Of a stretch of 32,000 nucleotides of DNA, positions 10,231 to 21,141 are shown piece by piece. Source of the stretch: Candidatus Saccharimonadota bacterium. GTDB lineage: Bacteria; Pseudomonadota; Gammaproteobacteria; Enterobacterales; Enterobacteriaceae. Both the position numbers and the translations under genes were made by a program. Numbering within the stretch: position 1 is the first letter of the stretch; every line of letters begins with the position of its first letter. Where the stretch lies: assembly GCA_041941765.1 (NCBI GenBank), contig CP145869.1, positions 330,001 through 362,000 on the forward strand, read 5' to 3'. The notes beneath the pieces were generated by a model. It searched no databases. It had not been told where the DNA came from and worked only from the letters and a program-made list of their open reading frames with translations.

Positions 10231-12777
10231 ATGAAAGAGATTAATATAAAATCTTTAGCAATAGAAAATCAAATGTCAGTAAAGACAATTATAAAAATTT
10301 TTGCATCTTTAGGAATATATAAATCTGAAAAAGACGTGATTACGCAAAAAGAAAAAGAATTATTTTTAAATCAATTTAATGAAAAAAAGACCTCAAAAAA
10401 ATTATCAGTAATTTTACCACGAAAAATACATAGTACTTTGAATATTCCTGGAATAGGAGGTAAAAAAGTAAAAGTCGAAATACGCAAAAAAATCTATTTT
10501 AAAGAACCAACTATAGAAGAATTTAACCATAATTCTCAAAAAAACAAAATTTATAAAGAATCTAATGCAGATTCTTTATTGATTAACTCCAAACCAAGTC
10601 AAGAACAAATTCTTAAAAAAGAAGAAAATGATGATTTTCAAAGTAAAGTTGAAACTATTATAGTACCTCAAAAAATTGAAGAAACATGTAAAATTACACA
10701 AAACGCTCATATAATGGCATCAAAAAGAAATAATAATTATCATTTAGATCTTATTATAGAGGATGAAGATCTAAAAGAAGAAGATGATCGTCTTATAACT
10801 GAATTGAAATCTATTCCACATTCCGAAAAATATGATAAAAAGAAGAAATTAAAGATTAATCGTCCTATTCGCAGTGGAAAATCCAAATTTTTACGATCAA
10901 GAAAACATAATCAACCTTTTGAATCTAAAGTCGATGGAGAAGAAGACAAAGTTATTATTCGTAGTAATAAAAATCATAAAAGTAATTTAAGTATTTTACA
11001 ACAAACTTTTAATAAACCAGTACAAAGTATTACAAGAAACATTATTCTTAGTGAAACTATTACTGTTGCAGAATTAGCTAATAAAATGGCTATGAAAAGC
11101 TCAGAAATTATTAAAGTAATGATGAATATGGGAATAATAGCTACTATTAATGAAATTATAGATCAAGAGACAGCCCAACTAATTGCTGAAGAATTAGGAC
11201 ATAAAGTAATCTTACGTCGTGAAAATGAGTTAGAACAAGCTATTTTATCTGATAGAGATATGGGATTAATTACTGAAAATAGAGCCCCTATAGTAACTAT
11301 TATGGGACATGTCGATCATGGAAAAACTTCATTATTAGACTATATTAGATCGACAAAAATTGCAAAAGGTGAAGCAGGAGGTATTACTCAACGTATTGGT
11401 GCTTATCATGTAGAACTTGAAAACAAAATTATTACTTTTATTGATACTCCTGGACATGCGGCTTTTAGTGCTATGAGAGTTCGAGGAATTCAATTAACAG
11501 ATATTGTTGTATTAGTAGTAGCAGCAGATGATGGGGTAATGCCACAAACAATAGAAGCAATTAAACATGCTCAAGCAGCTAATGTTCCTATTATAGTAGC
11601 TATTAATAAAATCGATAAAATAGAAACAAATACTGATAGAATTAAAAAGGAATTATCTTCATATGGAATTAATCCTGAAGAGTGGGGGGGGGATAATCAG
11701 TTTATTTCTATTTCGGCAAAAAATGGAATAGGAATTGACGATCTTTTAAATGCCATTTTATTACAAGCTGAAATGTTAGAATTAAAAGCTATTCATAAAG
11801 GTATGGCAACTGGAGTTGTTATAGAATCCTTTATAGATAAAGGACGGGGTCCAGTTGCAACTGTATTAATACGTGAAGGAACCCTTCATAAAGGAGATAT
11901 TATCTTATGTGGTTTTGCATATGGACATGTAAAAGCTATGTTAAATGAACAAGGTTCTGAGGTTAATAAAGCCGGTCCTTCTCTACCTGTAGAAATTTTT
12001 GGTTTATCTGGTCTTCCAACTGTAGGTGATGTATTAACTGTAGTACGTGATGAGAAAAAAGCACGAGAAGTTGCATTATATCGTCAAAGTAAATATAGGG
12101 AAGTACAATTATCTCAAACTAAAAAAACTGCTTTTCAACAGATGTTTAGTAATATTACTAAAAAAAGGATGTTATCTGAATTCAATCTCATTTTAAAAGC
12201 TGATACTCAAGGATCAGTAGAAGCTATTGCAGAAGCATTAAAAAAACTCTCTACAGATAAAATTGAAATAAAGATTCTCATGTTAGGAGTAGGAGGTATT
12301 AGTGAAACCGATGCAACATTCGCTGCGGCTTCAAAAGCCATTATAATAGGATTTAATGTACGTGCTGATACTTCTGCACGCAAAATAATTGACCAAGAAA
12401 ATTTAGATGTACGCTATTATTCTGTGATCTATAATTTAATTGACGAGATTAAACAATTAATTTTGGGTAGATTCAAACCAGAATCTGAATCTAAAATTAT
12501 TGGATTAGCAGAAGTAAGAAGTATATTTAAATCTCCTAAATTTGGTTCAATAGCAGGTTGTATGGTGAAAAATGGTATAGTTAAACGTCATAAACTACTT
12601 AAAATTTTGCGTAATAATATCGTAATTTATGAAGGAGAATTAGAATCTCTACGCCATTTTAAAAATGATGTAAGTGAAGTTCAGAGTGGACTAGAATGTG
12701 GAATTGGAATTAAAAACTATCATGATATTCAAATTGGAGATTTAATTGAAATTTCTGAAATGATAAAAGTCAAATAA
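10231..12777 (+). CDS. infB: translation initiation factor IF-2
   Basis: 848-aa ORF with GTPase motifs [17 protein letters not shown] and NKIDK. The C-terminal two thirds are highly similar to E. coli IF2. The N-terminal third is K/N/E-rich and divergent. Confidence 0.96.
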   Translation: MKEINIKSLAIENQMSVKTIIKIFASLGIYKSEKDVITQKEKELFLNQFNEKKTSKKLSVILPRKIHSTLNIPGIGGKKVKVEIRKKIYFKEPTIEEFNHNSQKNKIYKESNADSLLINSKPSQEQILKKEENDDFQSKVETIIVPQKIEETCKITQNAHIMASKRNNNYHLDLIIEDEDLKEEDDRLITELKSIPHSEKYDKKKKLKINRPIRSGKSKFLRSRKHNQPFESKVDGEEDKVIIRSNKNHKSNLSILQQTFNKPVQSITRNIILSETITVAELANKMAMKSSEIIKVMMNMGIIATINEIIDQETAQLIAEELGHKVILRRENELEQAILSDRDMGLITENRAPIVTIMGHVDHGKTSLLDYIRSTKIAKGEAGGITQRIGAYHVELENKIITFIDTPGHAAFSAMRVRGIQLTDIVVLVVAADDGVMPQTIEAIKHAQAANVPIIVAINKIDKIETNTDRIKKELSSYGINPEEWGGDNQFISISAKNGIGIDDLLNAILLQAEMLELKAIHKGMATGVVIESFIDKGRGPVATVLIREGTLHKGDIILCGFAYGHVKAMLNEQGSEVNKAGPSLPVEIFGLSGLPTVGDVLTVVRDEKKAREVALYRQSKYREVQLSQTKKTAFQQMFSNITKKRMLSEFNLILKADTQGSVEAIAEALKKLSTDKIEIKILMLGVGGISETDATFAAASKAIIIGFNVRADTSARKIIDQENLDVRYYSVIYNLIDEIKQLILGRFKPESESKIIGLAEVRSIFKSPKFGSIAGCMVKNGIVKRHKLLKILRNNIVIYEGELESLRHFKNDVSEVQSGLECGIGIKNYHDIQIGDLIEISEMIKVK

Positions 12778-12791
12778 CAATAAATAAGAAA

Positions 12792-13166
12792 ATGACTGAA
12801 ATTACACGTTTACTTCGAGTAAGTAAAACATTAAAAAAAGAAATTACAATAATTTTACATCATAAAATTAAAGATCCTCGGTTAAAATCCTTAATAACTG
12901 TCAATCATATAGATCTTTCGCGAGATGGTTATTATGCTAAAGTTTTTTTTACTTTTTTAGATATTCAATCTAATAAGATAGAAATCTGTCAAAAAATTAA
13001 AGTTTTACAACATGCATCAGGATATATTCGAATGTTACTAGGAAAAGCAATGTCCTTACGTATCATCCCTCAATTAGATTTTATTTATGATTCATCAGTT
13101 TCAAATGCAGTATATATGTATGATTTTATTACTAAGGTATTAAAAACTAATCCTCATGAATACTAA
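12792..13166 (+). CDS. rbfA: 30S ribosome-binding factor RbfA
   Basis: 124-aa ORF with KDPRL ... YAKVFFTFL ... ASGYIRMLLGKAMSLRIIPQL, matching E. coli RbfA. Its position follows infB. Confidence 0.93.
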   Translation: MTEITRLLRVSKTLKKEITIILHHKIKDPRLKSLITVNHIDLSRDGYYAKVFFTFLDIQSNKIEICQKIKVLQHASGYIRMLLGKAMSLRIIPQLDFIYDSSVSNAVYMYDFITKVLKTNPHEY

Positions 13167-13941
13167 TTATAATATAATTAATGGTATTTTACTCTTGGAT
13201 AAACCTTCAGGAATTTCTTCTAATATTGCACTTCAAACTATAAAAAAAATTCTTAAGGTAAAAAAAGCAGGATATATAGGAACCTTAGATCCTATAGCTA
13301 CCGGTATGCTACCAATTTGTTTAGGTAAAGCAACTAAGTTGGCACAATATTTAGTAAATACAGATAAACATTATTATGTCAAAGCAAAATTAGGACAACG
13401 TACTGATACTTTAGATTGTCAGGGCAAAATAATTAGTGAAAAATCAGTAAAAATTAATCATTTAACCGTTCAAAATATTCTGAATGGTTTTTTAGGAACA
13501 ATCAAACAAATTCCTCCTATGTATTCAGCAATAAAAATTAATAATCGTCCATTATATAAATATGCTCGTGAAGGTATAGTGGTATCACGTAAACCTCGTG
13601 AGATTATAATTCACCATTTACGATTAATTAATTTAATTGATAATGAATTAACACTTGAAGTATATTGTTCTAAAGGTACATATATTAGAACGCTGATTGA
13701 TGATTTAGGAGAACAATTAGGTTGTGGAGCTCATGTAATAAAATTACGACGATTACAAGTAGCTTCATATCCTATTGACTATATGATTACTATTAACAAA
13801 TTGAAGACCTTAATAAATTATAATATGAATAATGAAGAAGTTAATACCAAATTAATTTCTATTCTAATTACGATAGATAATTCTGTATCAATTTTATCTA
13901 AAAAAAATCATTTTTGTTCCTCATCATTGATTTTTTTATGA
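13156..13941 (+). CDS. truB: tRNA pseudouridine-55 synthase TruB, C-terminally short (PUA domain largely absent)
   Basis: 261-aa ORF with NGILLLDKPSGISS, the catalytic GTLDPIATGMLPICLG, and CSKGTYIRTLIDDLGEQLGCGAHV. The start overlaps the rbfA stop by 11 nt (ATGAATACTAA). Confidence 0.93.
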   Translation: MNTNYNIINGILLLDKPSGISSNIALQTIKKILKVKKAGYIGTLDPIATGMLPICLGKATKLAQYLVNTDKHYYVKAKLGQRTDTLDCQGKIISEKSVKINHLTVQNILNGFLGTIKQIPPMYSAIKINNRPLYKYAREGIVVSRKPREIIIHHLRLINLIDNELTLEVYCSKGTYIRTLIDDLGEQLGCGAHVIKLRRLQVASYPIDYMITINKLKTLINYNMNNEEVNTKLISILITIDNSVSILSKKNHFCSSSLIFL

Positions 13942-14036
13942 ATAACCAATTAAAATCAAAATGATTATTCCACAATTACTATTCACTCATTAAATTAGAT
14001 CAATAAATAGATTATATTTTATAATGGAGTTATCTT

Positions 14037-14297
14037 ATGTCGTTTACTAAATCTCAAATTATCGTTAAATACGGAAAGAGTATTAATGATACTGGTTGTA
14101 CAGAAGTTCAAGTTGCTTTATTTAGTCATAGAATAGAAGAGTTACATAAACATTTTGCTCAACATAAAAAAGATTATCATAGTCAGAAGGGATTGTTGGG
14201 TATAATCTCAAAAAGAAAAAATTTATTAGCTTATTTAAAACGTAAAGATATTAATCGTTATACAACTTTGATTAAAACTCTTAATTTACGGAGATAA
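14037..14297 (+). CDS. rpsO: 30S ribosomal protein S15
   Basis: 86-aa ORF with NDTGCTEVQVALFS ... HKKDYHSQKGLL ... LAYLKRKDINRY. A GGAG Shine-Dalgarno sits upstream. Confidence 0.96.
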   Translation: MSFTKSQIIVKYGKSINDTGCTEVQVALFSHRIEELHKHFAQHKKDYHSQKGLLGIISKRKNLLAYLKRKDINRYTTLIKTLNLRR

Positions 14298-14374
14298 AAA
14301 TAAGAATATATATTACTTTTAAAAAATTACACTGATATTCTCACTTAAATTATCAGAAAATTAAGGATATTATT

Positions 14375-16504
14375 TTGTTGAATCCAATTATACATACATT
14401 TAAATATGGACAACATACTGTTTCTTTTGAAACAGGAATGATTGCTAGACAAGCTACATCGAGTGTCATAACTAGGATGGATGATACTGTAGTTTTAGTT
14501 ACTGTAGTAGTAAATAAAAAAAAAGTCTCTCTTCATAATTTTTTTCCTCTTACAGTAACATATCAAGAACGTTCTTATGCAGCTGGTCGTATTCCAGGAA
14601 GTTTTTTTAGACGTGAAGGTCGTGCTAGTGAAAATGAAATTCTTATAGCTCGTCTTATTGATCGTCCAATTCGTCCATTATTAATAGAATTAGAAGAGTT
14701 TTATTCTTCTTATGATATTCAAATTATTGCTACAGTTATTTCTATAGATCCTAGAATTCATCCAGATATTGTAGCCTTAATTGGAACTTCTGCAGCTCTT
14801 AGTATTTCAGGACTTCCTTTTAAAGGTCCTATTGGTGCTGCACGAGTAGGATATATTGGAAATAAGTATATTTTAAATCCAACTATAGAGGAACTTAAAT
14901 ATAGTAATTTAGATTTAATTGTTGCTGGTACCAAAACTGCAGTTTTAATGGTAGAAGCTGAAGCAAAAGTTATTAATGAAGATCAAATATTAGATGCAAT
15001 AATTTATGGACATGAACAACAACAAATTGTCATTCATAATATAAATGCATTAGTTGAACAAGTAGATCAAAAACCTGTTTATTACTGGATACCTAATGCA
15101 ATTAATTCTTTCATCAATACTGAACTGTATACAAAAATTGCTCTTCTATCCGAAGACAAATTTAGTAATGCATATCGTATTATAGATAAACTAAGACGTT
15201 ATGCAGAATTAGATGTAATTAAATCTGATGTATTAGCTATAGTACAAACAGAAAATCCTGGTGTAGATGAAAATTTAATAAATAATTTTTTATATAAAAT
15301 TCAAAAACAACTTGTACGAAATTTATTATTAAAAAAAAATATTAGAATTGATGGTCGTGATCAAGATACTATTCGTAAGATAGATGTCCAAACTGGAGTT
15401 TTACCAAGAGTACATGGATCATCTTTATTTACCCGAGGGGAAACTCAAGCTTTAGTTACAGTTACTTTAGGTACTGATCGAGATGCACAAAATCTTGATG
15501 AATTAACTGGAGATCGTACGGATTCTTTTATCTTTCATTATAATTTTCCTCCTTATTCAATTGGTGAAATAGCAATGATAGGACCTCCAAAACGACGTGA
15601 AATTGGTCATGGTCGTTTAGCAAAACGTGGAATTTTGGCAGTGATGCCCAGTCATGATATTTTTCCTTATACTGTGCGTATAGTATCTGAAATAACTGAA
15701 TCTAATGGTTCTTCTTCTATGGCTTCGGTTTGTGGTGCTTCTTTGGCATTAATGGATGCTGGTGTTCCTATAAAAGCAGCAGTTGCTGGAATTGCAATGG
15801 GATTAGTAAAAGAAGGTAATAATTTTATAGTTCTTTCTGATATTATTGGTGATGAGGATCATTTTGGTGATATGGATTTAAAAGTAGCTGGTACCAATGA
15901 GGGTATTACTGCATTACAAATGGATATTAAAATTGAAGGAATTACTAGTGACATTCTGAAATTCGCATTTCATCAAGCTAAAAAGGCTCGTTTAAATATA
16001 TTAAATATTATGGAAAAAGCTATTAGTTTACCTCGTTTGGATATTTCTAAATATGCACCAAGAATACATATCATAAAAATACATCCCGATAAAATTAAAG
16101 ATGTTATAGGAAAAGGTGGATCAGTTATTAGATCTGTAACTGAAGAAACAGGTACTATTATTGAGATTGACGATGATGGTACAATTAAAATTGCTTCAGT
16201 TGATAGTACTAAAGCAGAATTAGCTCTTCACCGCATTAAAGAAATTACTGCAGATATTGAAATAGGTTGCTTTTATAGTGGTAAAGTATCTAGGATTGTA
16301 GATTTTGGTGCTTTTATTACTATTCTAATAGGAAAAAATAAATGGAGTAAAGAAGGGTTAATACATATTTCACAAATTTCTGAAAAACGTGTAGAAAAAG
16401 TAACGGATTATTTAAAAATTGGTCAAATAGTGACAGTAAAAGTACTCAACATTGATAACCAAGGACGTATTCGTCTTACTATGAAAGGCCTAATTAAATC
16501 TTAA
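14375..16504 (+). CDS. pnp: polynucleotide phosphorylase (PNPase)
   Basis: 709-aa ORF. It has a TTG start 7 nt after AAGGA. E. coli pnp also uses a UUG start. [28 protein letters not shown] matches E. coli, and the RNase PH, KH and S1 domains are collinear with it. Confidence 0.97.
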   Translation: MLNPIIHTFKYGQHTVSFETGMIARQATSSVITRMDDTVVLVTVVVNKKKVSLHNFFPLTVTYQERSYAAGRIPGSFFRREGRASENEILIARLIDRPIRPLLIELEEFYSSYDIQIIATVISIDPRIHPDIVALIGTSAALSISGLPFKGPIGAARVGYIGNKYILNPTIEELKYSNLDLIVAGTKTAVLMVEAEAKVINEDQILDAIIYGHEQQQIVIHNINALVEQVDQKPVYYWIPNAINSFINTELYTKIALLSEDKFSNAYRIIDKLRRYAELDVIKSDVLAIVQTENPGVDENLINNFLYKIQKQLVRNLLLKKNIRIDGRDQDTIRKIDVQTGVLPRVHGSSLFTRGETQALVTVTLGTDRDAQNLDELTGDRTDSFIFHYNFPPYSIGEIAMIGPPKRREIGHGRLAKRGILAVMPSHDIFPYTVRIVSEITESNGSSSMASVCGASLALMDAGVPIKAAVAGIAMGLVKEGNNFIVLSDIIGDEDHFGDMDLKVAGTNEGITALQMDIKIEGITSDILKFAFHQAKKARLNILNIMEKAISLPRLDISKYAPRIHIIKIHPDKIKDVIGKGGSVIRSVTEETGTIIEIDDDGTIKIASVDSTKAELALHRIKEITADIEIGCFYSGKVSRIVDFGAFITILIGKNKWSKEGLIHISQISEKRVEKVTDYLKIGQIVTVKVLNIDNQGRIRLTMKGLIKS

Positions 16505-16548
16505 TATATAAAATGTAATAACATCTGTAGAGGTATGTAATATACAAT

Positions 16549-18246
16549 ATGATCAATTTAGTAGTAGAAAAAAGTTTTACTGAATTAGGGTTAAAATTAT
16601 CTCTTTTAGACTCATTAAAGCTTATGGGTTATATTAAACCATCTCCAATTCAGATTAAGTGTATTCCATACTTACTTCAAGGATATGATGTATTAGGTAT
16701 TGCACAAACTGGAAGTGGTAAAACTGCTGCATTCCTTTTACCATTATTAAATAATTTGAAAATAGATTTAAGACATCCTCAAGGTTTGATTTTGGTACCT
16801 ACTAGAGAATTAGCAATTCAAGTAACAGAAGCATGTATTAATTTTGCTAAATTTATTTCTAAAATAAATATTTTAGCTATATATGGAGGACAACGTTATG
16901 AAATTCAATTACATGGGTTGCGTAAAGGTCCACAAATCATAGTAGGCACCCCAGGTCGTTTATTAGATCATATAAGAAAAGAGACCTTAAATTTATCTTA
17001 TTTACATAGTTTTATATTAGATGAAGCAGATGAAATGTTGAGAATGGGATTCATTGAAGATGTAGAAAAAATTATGACCAAAATCCCATCTGGTAAACAA
17101 ATTGCTTTATTTTCTGCAACTATGCCTGAACCTATTCGTCGTATTACACGAAAATTTATGAAAGAACCATATGAAGTACGTATTCATACGAATATAACAA
17201 CTCGTCCTAATATCATTCAAAAGTTTTGGATAGTTCAAGGAAATAAAAGTAATGCGTTAATACGTTTTTTAGAAGTAGAAGATTTTGATGCAGTTCTAAT
17301 ATTTGTACGTACAAAAACTGCTACTTTAGAAGTAGCAAAAAATTTAGAATATAGTGGTTATAAAACTGCTGCACTTAATGGTGATATGAATCAAACATTA
17401 CGTGAACAAACTTTAGAACGGTTTAAATCTGGGAATCTAGATATTCTTATTGCTACAGATATCGCTGCTCGGGGATTAGATGTTGATAGAATTAGTTTAG
17501 TAGTAAATTATGATATTCCGATGGATGTAGATTCTTATATTCATCGTATTGGAAGAACGGGAAGGGCTGGTCGTATAGGTAAAGCTTTAGTTTTTGTGGA
17601 AAAACGTGAGCAAAGGTTATTATATAAGATTAAACGTTGTATGAAAGTAGAAATTTCAGAAGTTAATCTTCCAAGTACAGAATTTATTAGTGAACGTAGA
17701 TTATCAAAATTTGCGGCAAAAGTAGAACAACAAATTGAAAGTAATGATTTAGCAAAATATAAAACTTTATTATCAAAAATCCATCCTAAAAATTTTTATG
17801 ATATTAACACTTTAGCAGCTGTACTATTAAAAATAGCACAAGAAAATAATCCATTAATTTTAGCACCTGATAATCTAAGTTTAAATAATAATCAAAAAAA
17901 AATTGTACAATCGAATGAATTTAAACCTAATAATATGAATTTATATAGGATTGAATTAGGACGTAATCATGGTTTAAAAATTTCAGAACTTTTAGAAATC
18001 TTTCATAAGAAACTTAATAAACATGAGATTGGAAATATCAAACTATTTAGTTATCATACTACTATTGAATTACCTAAAAATAAATCTGAAACTATATTAC
18101 ATAATTTTAAACATATCCGTATATTAAATAAATCATTGAAAATAAAATTACTTGGAGATAGCAATTTATTTGTTAGAAGTATATCAAAAAAAAAAAAAAA
18201 GAGTTTCTTGAAAGAAGGTATAAAAAAAATATCGAATAGGATTTAG
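16549..18246 (+). CDS. deaD: DEAD-box ATP-dependent RNA helicase DeaD/CsdA
   Basis: 565-aa ORF with the Q motif, [21 protein letters not shown] and [10 protein letters not shown]. It lies downstream of pnp. The C-terminal tail is shorter than in E. coli and contains an A15 tract. Confidence 0.94.
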   Translation: MINLVVEKSFTELGLKLSLLDSLKLMGYIKPSPIQIKCIPYLLQGYDVLGIAQTGSGKTAAFLLPLLNNLKIDLRHPQGLILVPTRELAIQVTEACINFAKFISKINILAIYGGQRYEIQLHGLRKGPQIIVGTPGRLLDHIRKETLNLSYLHSFILDEADEMLRMGFIEDVEKIMTKIPSGKQIALFSATMPEPIRRITRKFMKEPYEVRIHTNITTRPNIIQKFWIVQGNKSNALIRFLEVEDFDAVLIFVRTKTATLEVAKNLEYSGYKTAALNGDMNQTLREQTLERFKSGNLDILIATDIAARGLDVDRISLVVNYDIPMDVDSYIHRIGRTGRAGRIGKALVFVEKREQRLLYKIKRCMKVEISEVNLPSTEFISERRLSKFAAKVEQQIESNDLAKYKTLLSKIHPKNFYDINTLAAVLLKIAQENNPLILAPDNLSLNNNQKKIVQSNEFKPNNMNLYRIELGRNHGLKISELLEIFHKKLNKHEIGNIKLFSYHTTIELPKNKSETILHNFKHIRILNKSLKIKLLGDSNLFVRSISKKKKKSFLKEGIKKISNRI

Positions 18247-18510
18247 TAGTTTGAATAGTTAAAACTAATTAATTTTGATTAAAGAAACATTTTTTGTACT
18301 TAACGTGAAAAAGCTTTCTTGATAAAATAATTTCTATAATCAATAAATATAATGAATTGTAAATAAGTAGGTTTGTTTTTTTTTATAGGGTAAAAAGGCT
18401 AATAAATAAAGTACATTTAATTTGACCAGTCGTTCTTTTTTTTTCTTATTTTAAATACATCCTATTTTTTAAAAATGTCAATTTTTTTTATACGAATTAA
18501 TAGCTTTTAA

Positions 18511-18549
18511 AATGTGGCATACAGGTTATCATAAACTGGACGCCACATT
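18511..18549. terminator. hairpin (AATGTGGC - 23-nt loop - GCCACATT) in the convergent deaD/grpE spacer; possible grpE or deaD terminator
   Basis: 8-bp perfect inverted repeat, GC-richer than its surroundings. T-runs flank it on both strands. The large loop makes it non-canonical. Confidence 0.3.
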
Positions 18550-18565
18550 AATTAATCTATTTTTT

Positions 18566-19216
18566 TTATGAAGAGTTCATTTTATACTTAGATACAATTA
18601 CCATAGCTGGACGCAATAATCTTCCATTAAGAATATAACCTGGTTGTATTATTTCTAATACAGTATTGGTTTTTATATCTTTACATTCTTCTATTTCTTT
18701 AATAGACATTGCTTGATGTATATCCGGATTAAAAGGAACTTGTGTTTCTTTAATAACTTTTACTCCATATTTCTGTATGGTATTTAAAAGACATTTGAAT
18801 GTTAATTCAACTCCTTCAATCATCGAAAATAATTGGAGATGAGATTTATCGGCCATTTTAAGTGCACGTTCCAAGCTATCAATTACAGGTAAAAGTTCTC
18901 CCATAAATTTTTCTAAAGCAAATTTAGAGGTTTTTTCCATTTCTAAATCTGCACGTTTTCGAATATTTTGAATTTCTGCTTGAGCACGTAAAAATTGATC
19001 ACGTTCATGTTTTTGTGCTTCAAGAAGCTGCATTTCAAGGGTAGCAATTCTCTCTTCATAATTATTATCCTTACTATTATTTTGAGAATTTAAATGATGA
19101 TTTTTTATTTCATTATTATCATTGTCACATAATCCATTTTTTTTTTCATTTTCTGTTTTTATTGTATTGTTATTATTCGTTATGGTTGATTTTTTATCTT
19201 TGCTTTTACTACTCAT
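18566..19216 (-). CDS. grpE: nucleotide exchange factor GrpE
   Basis: The ORF track starts at GTG 19246. The ATG at 19216 gives MSSKSKDKK, matching E. coli MSSKEQK, and lies 6 nt after GGAG. The C-terminal 150 aa (LRAQAEIQNIRKR ... KFALEKFMGELLPVIDSLERAL ... GYILNGRLLRPAMV) are collinear with E. coli GrpE. Confidence 0.93.
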   Translation of the reverse strand: MSSKSKDKKSTITNNNNTIKTENEKKNGLCDNDNNEIKNHHLNSQNNSKDNNYEERIATLEMQLLEAQKHERDQFLRAQAEIQNIRKRADLEMEKTSKFALEKFMGELLPVIDSLERALKMADKSHLQLFSMIEGVELTFKCLLNTIQKYGVKVIKETQVPFNPDIHQAMSIKEIEECKDIKTNTVLEIIQPGYILNGRLLRPAMVIVSKYKMNSS

Positions 19217-19259
19217 GAAATTCTCCAAATCTGCACAATTCTTCACTGATTTGATTATT

Positions 19260-19285
19260 ATATAGATGAGTAAGAGAGTTTCAAG
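19260..19285 (-). promoter_or_regulatory. candidate sigma-32 heat-shock promoter of grpE (exact CTTGAAA -35 box, degenerate -10)
   Basis: The minus strand reads CTTGAAA-ctctcttactc-ATCTATAT, about 45 nt upstream of the grpE ATG. The -35 box is a perfect match to the sigma-32 consensus. The -10 matches CCCCATNT only in its 3' half, and the spacing is short. Confidence 0.35.
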
Positions 19286-19342
19286 ACAAGTTATAATTTG
19301 TTATATATTAATTATGTTTGTATTAAGAAAATGGTATAAATA

Positions 19343-20227
19343 ATGAAAAAAAAATTTAATAATATTGGTCTAGTGGGACGACCACGCAATCCAAATGCAT
19401 TAATTACACTTAAAACTATTTTAGAATGGTTAAAGTTCAAAGGATATGAAGTTTATATTGAATATAATTTAGCTCATAAATTTAATATTCATAATATTAA
19501 AAAAGACAGTTTAACAAATATTGGTAAACAAGCAGATTTAGCAGTAGTTATTGGTGGTGACGGTAATATGCTTCGAGCAGCACGAGTATTAGCTAAATAT
19601 AATATTAATGTAATTGGTATTAATAGTGGTAATTTAGGTTTTTTAACAGATCTTACTCTTAGAAATGCTCAATATTACTTAAATGAGGTGTTAAAAGGTC
19701 ATTATATTATTGATAACCGTTTTCTACTTGAAGCAACTATAGGTTGTTACCCAAATTATCCAAAAAACCATTATTATTTAGCCATGAATGAAGTGATTAT
19801 TCATACTGGAAAAGTAGCACATATGTTTGAATTTGAAGTATATATAGATGATCAATTTGCATTTTCTCAACGTTCAGATGGTTTGATTATTTCTACTCCT
19901 ACTGGATCTACTGCTTATTCTTTATCAGCGGGAGGAACGATTTTAACTCCCTCATTAGATGCAATTATTTTAGTTTCTATGTTTCCTCATACTCTTTCTT
20001 CAAGGCCGTTAGTTATTAATAGTAGTAGTATTATACTGATACGTTTACGTTTTTCCGATATGCATCTTTATATGAGTTGTGATAGTCAGATTATGCTGTC
20101 TCTAAATATAGGTGAAGATATTGTAATAAGACGAAGTATTTATAATCTTAATTTGATTCATCCAATAAATTATAATTATTTTAATATTTTAAGTAATAAA
20201 TTAGGATGGTCAAAAAAGCTTTTTTGA
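19343..20227 (+). CDS. nadK: NAD kinase
   Basis: 294-aa ORF with [25 protein letters not shown], and [27 protein letters not shown]. It ends in LGWSKKLF, as E. coli NadK does. It is divergent from grpE, as in E. coli. Confidence 0.96.
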   Translation: MKKKFNNIGLVGRPRNPNALITLKTILEWLKFKGYEVYIEYNLAHKFNIHNIKKDSLTNIGKQADLAVVIGGDGNMLRAARVLAKYNINVIGINSGNLGFLTDLTLRNAQYYLNEVLKGHYIIDNRFLLEATIGCYPNYPKNHYYLAMNEVIIHTGKVAHMFEFEVYIDDQFAFSQRSDGLIISTPTGSTAYSLSAGGTILTPSLDAIILVSMFPHTLSSRPLVINSSSIILIRLRFSDMHLYMSCDSQIMLSLNIGEDIVIRRSIYNLNLIHPINYNYFNILSNKLGWSKKLF

Positions 20228-20278
20228 TCTTTATTGACTTATATTGCTTTTTATGATGTTATTAATATATAATTATTT

Positions 20279-20749
20279 ATGATAAATAAAAAAATACATA
20301 CTATTACTAATAATAGACGTGCTTATTATGAATATTCTATTGAAGATACATTTGAAGCTGGTATTATATTACAGGGCTGGGAAGTAAAATCTCTTCGTTT
20401 AGGAGGACAAGTCCAAATAAGTAATAGTTATGTCTTATTACATAATGGAAATGCTTATTTAGTAGGTACTCATTTTCAACCTACACCCAATGTATCTAAT
20501 CATATAACTTGTAATCCAATTCGTGAAAAAAAATTATTACTTAAACAAAGAGAATTAAAAATTTTATATGGTAAAGTAAAGCATAAAAGATATACAGTGA
20601 TTGCTTTATCTTTATATTGGAAAATAATTTGGTGTAAAGTACTTATTGGAATTGCTAAAGGTAAAAAACAATATGATAAACGTGTTCATATTAAAAATCG
20701 TGAATGGAAAATTGATAAAGAACGTTTTATAAAAAATAAAATGATATAA
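20279..20749 (+). CDS. smpB: SsrA-binding protein SmpB
   Basis: 156-aa ORF with [29 protein letters not shown] ... [11 protein letters not shown] ... [12 protein letters not shown]. It lies immediately upstream of ssrA. Confidence 0.95.
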   Translation: MINKKIHTITNNRRAYYEYSIEDTFEAGIILQGWEVKSLRLGGQVQISNSYVLLHNGNAYLVGTHFQPTPNVSNHITCNPIREKKLLLKQRELKILYGKVKHKRYTVIALSLYWKIIWCKVLIGIAKGKKQYDKRVHIKNREWKIDKERFIKNKMI

Positions 20750-20767
20750 ATCTAATAATAAGATATT

Positions 20768-21141
20768 GGGGCTGTTTTTGGATTCGACGTAAAGAGTGAA
20801 ATCTTAGGTGCATGTCAAGGTGCGGTAGGCCTTGTTAAAAACCGCAATAAATAGTCGCAAATAACGACAATTATGCTTTAGCAGCCTAAAAAACTGTGTT
20901 AGAGCCCTCTAATTCTTAATCTAATAAGCTCTTAAGAAAAGAATAAAAAGAGGTCATTTAAAAATAAGAGCTCGCGTATCTGCTAATCCTAATAAAGATA
21001 CGTTAAATGATTATATAGGATAGTTTATTAATAGTGTGTCGGTCAACTATTAAATAAATGAATAAAAAAGACTAGACTAAACATGTAGTACCAAAGACGT
21101 AGACATTACGGACGCGGGTTCGAATCCCGCCAGCTCCACCA
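20768..21141 (+). ncRNA. ssrA: transfer-messenger RNA (tmRNA, one-piece), tag peptide ANNDNYALAA
   Basis: The 5' end GGGGCTGTTTTTGGATTCGACG and the 3' end GGACGCGGGTTCGAATCCCGCCAGCTCCACCA match the E. coli ssrA tRNA-like domain. The tag reading frame at 20857-20889 is GCA AAT AAC GAC AAT TAT GCT TTA GCA GCC TAA. Confidence 0.96.

Noticed and set aside
13900-13964. Idea that slippage at the truB A8 tract restores a full-length TruB
   Set aside because: The +1 frame after the tract stays open for only about 20 codons (to TGA at 13962-13964). The -1 frame stops within about 10 codons. Neither can encode the missing ~55-aa PUA domain.
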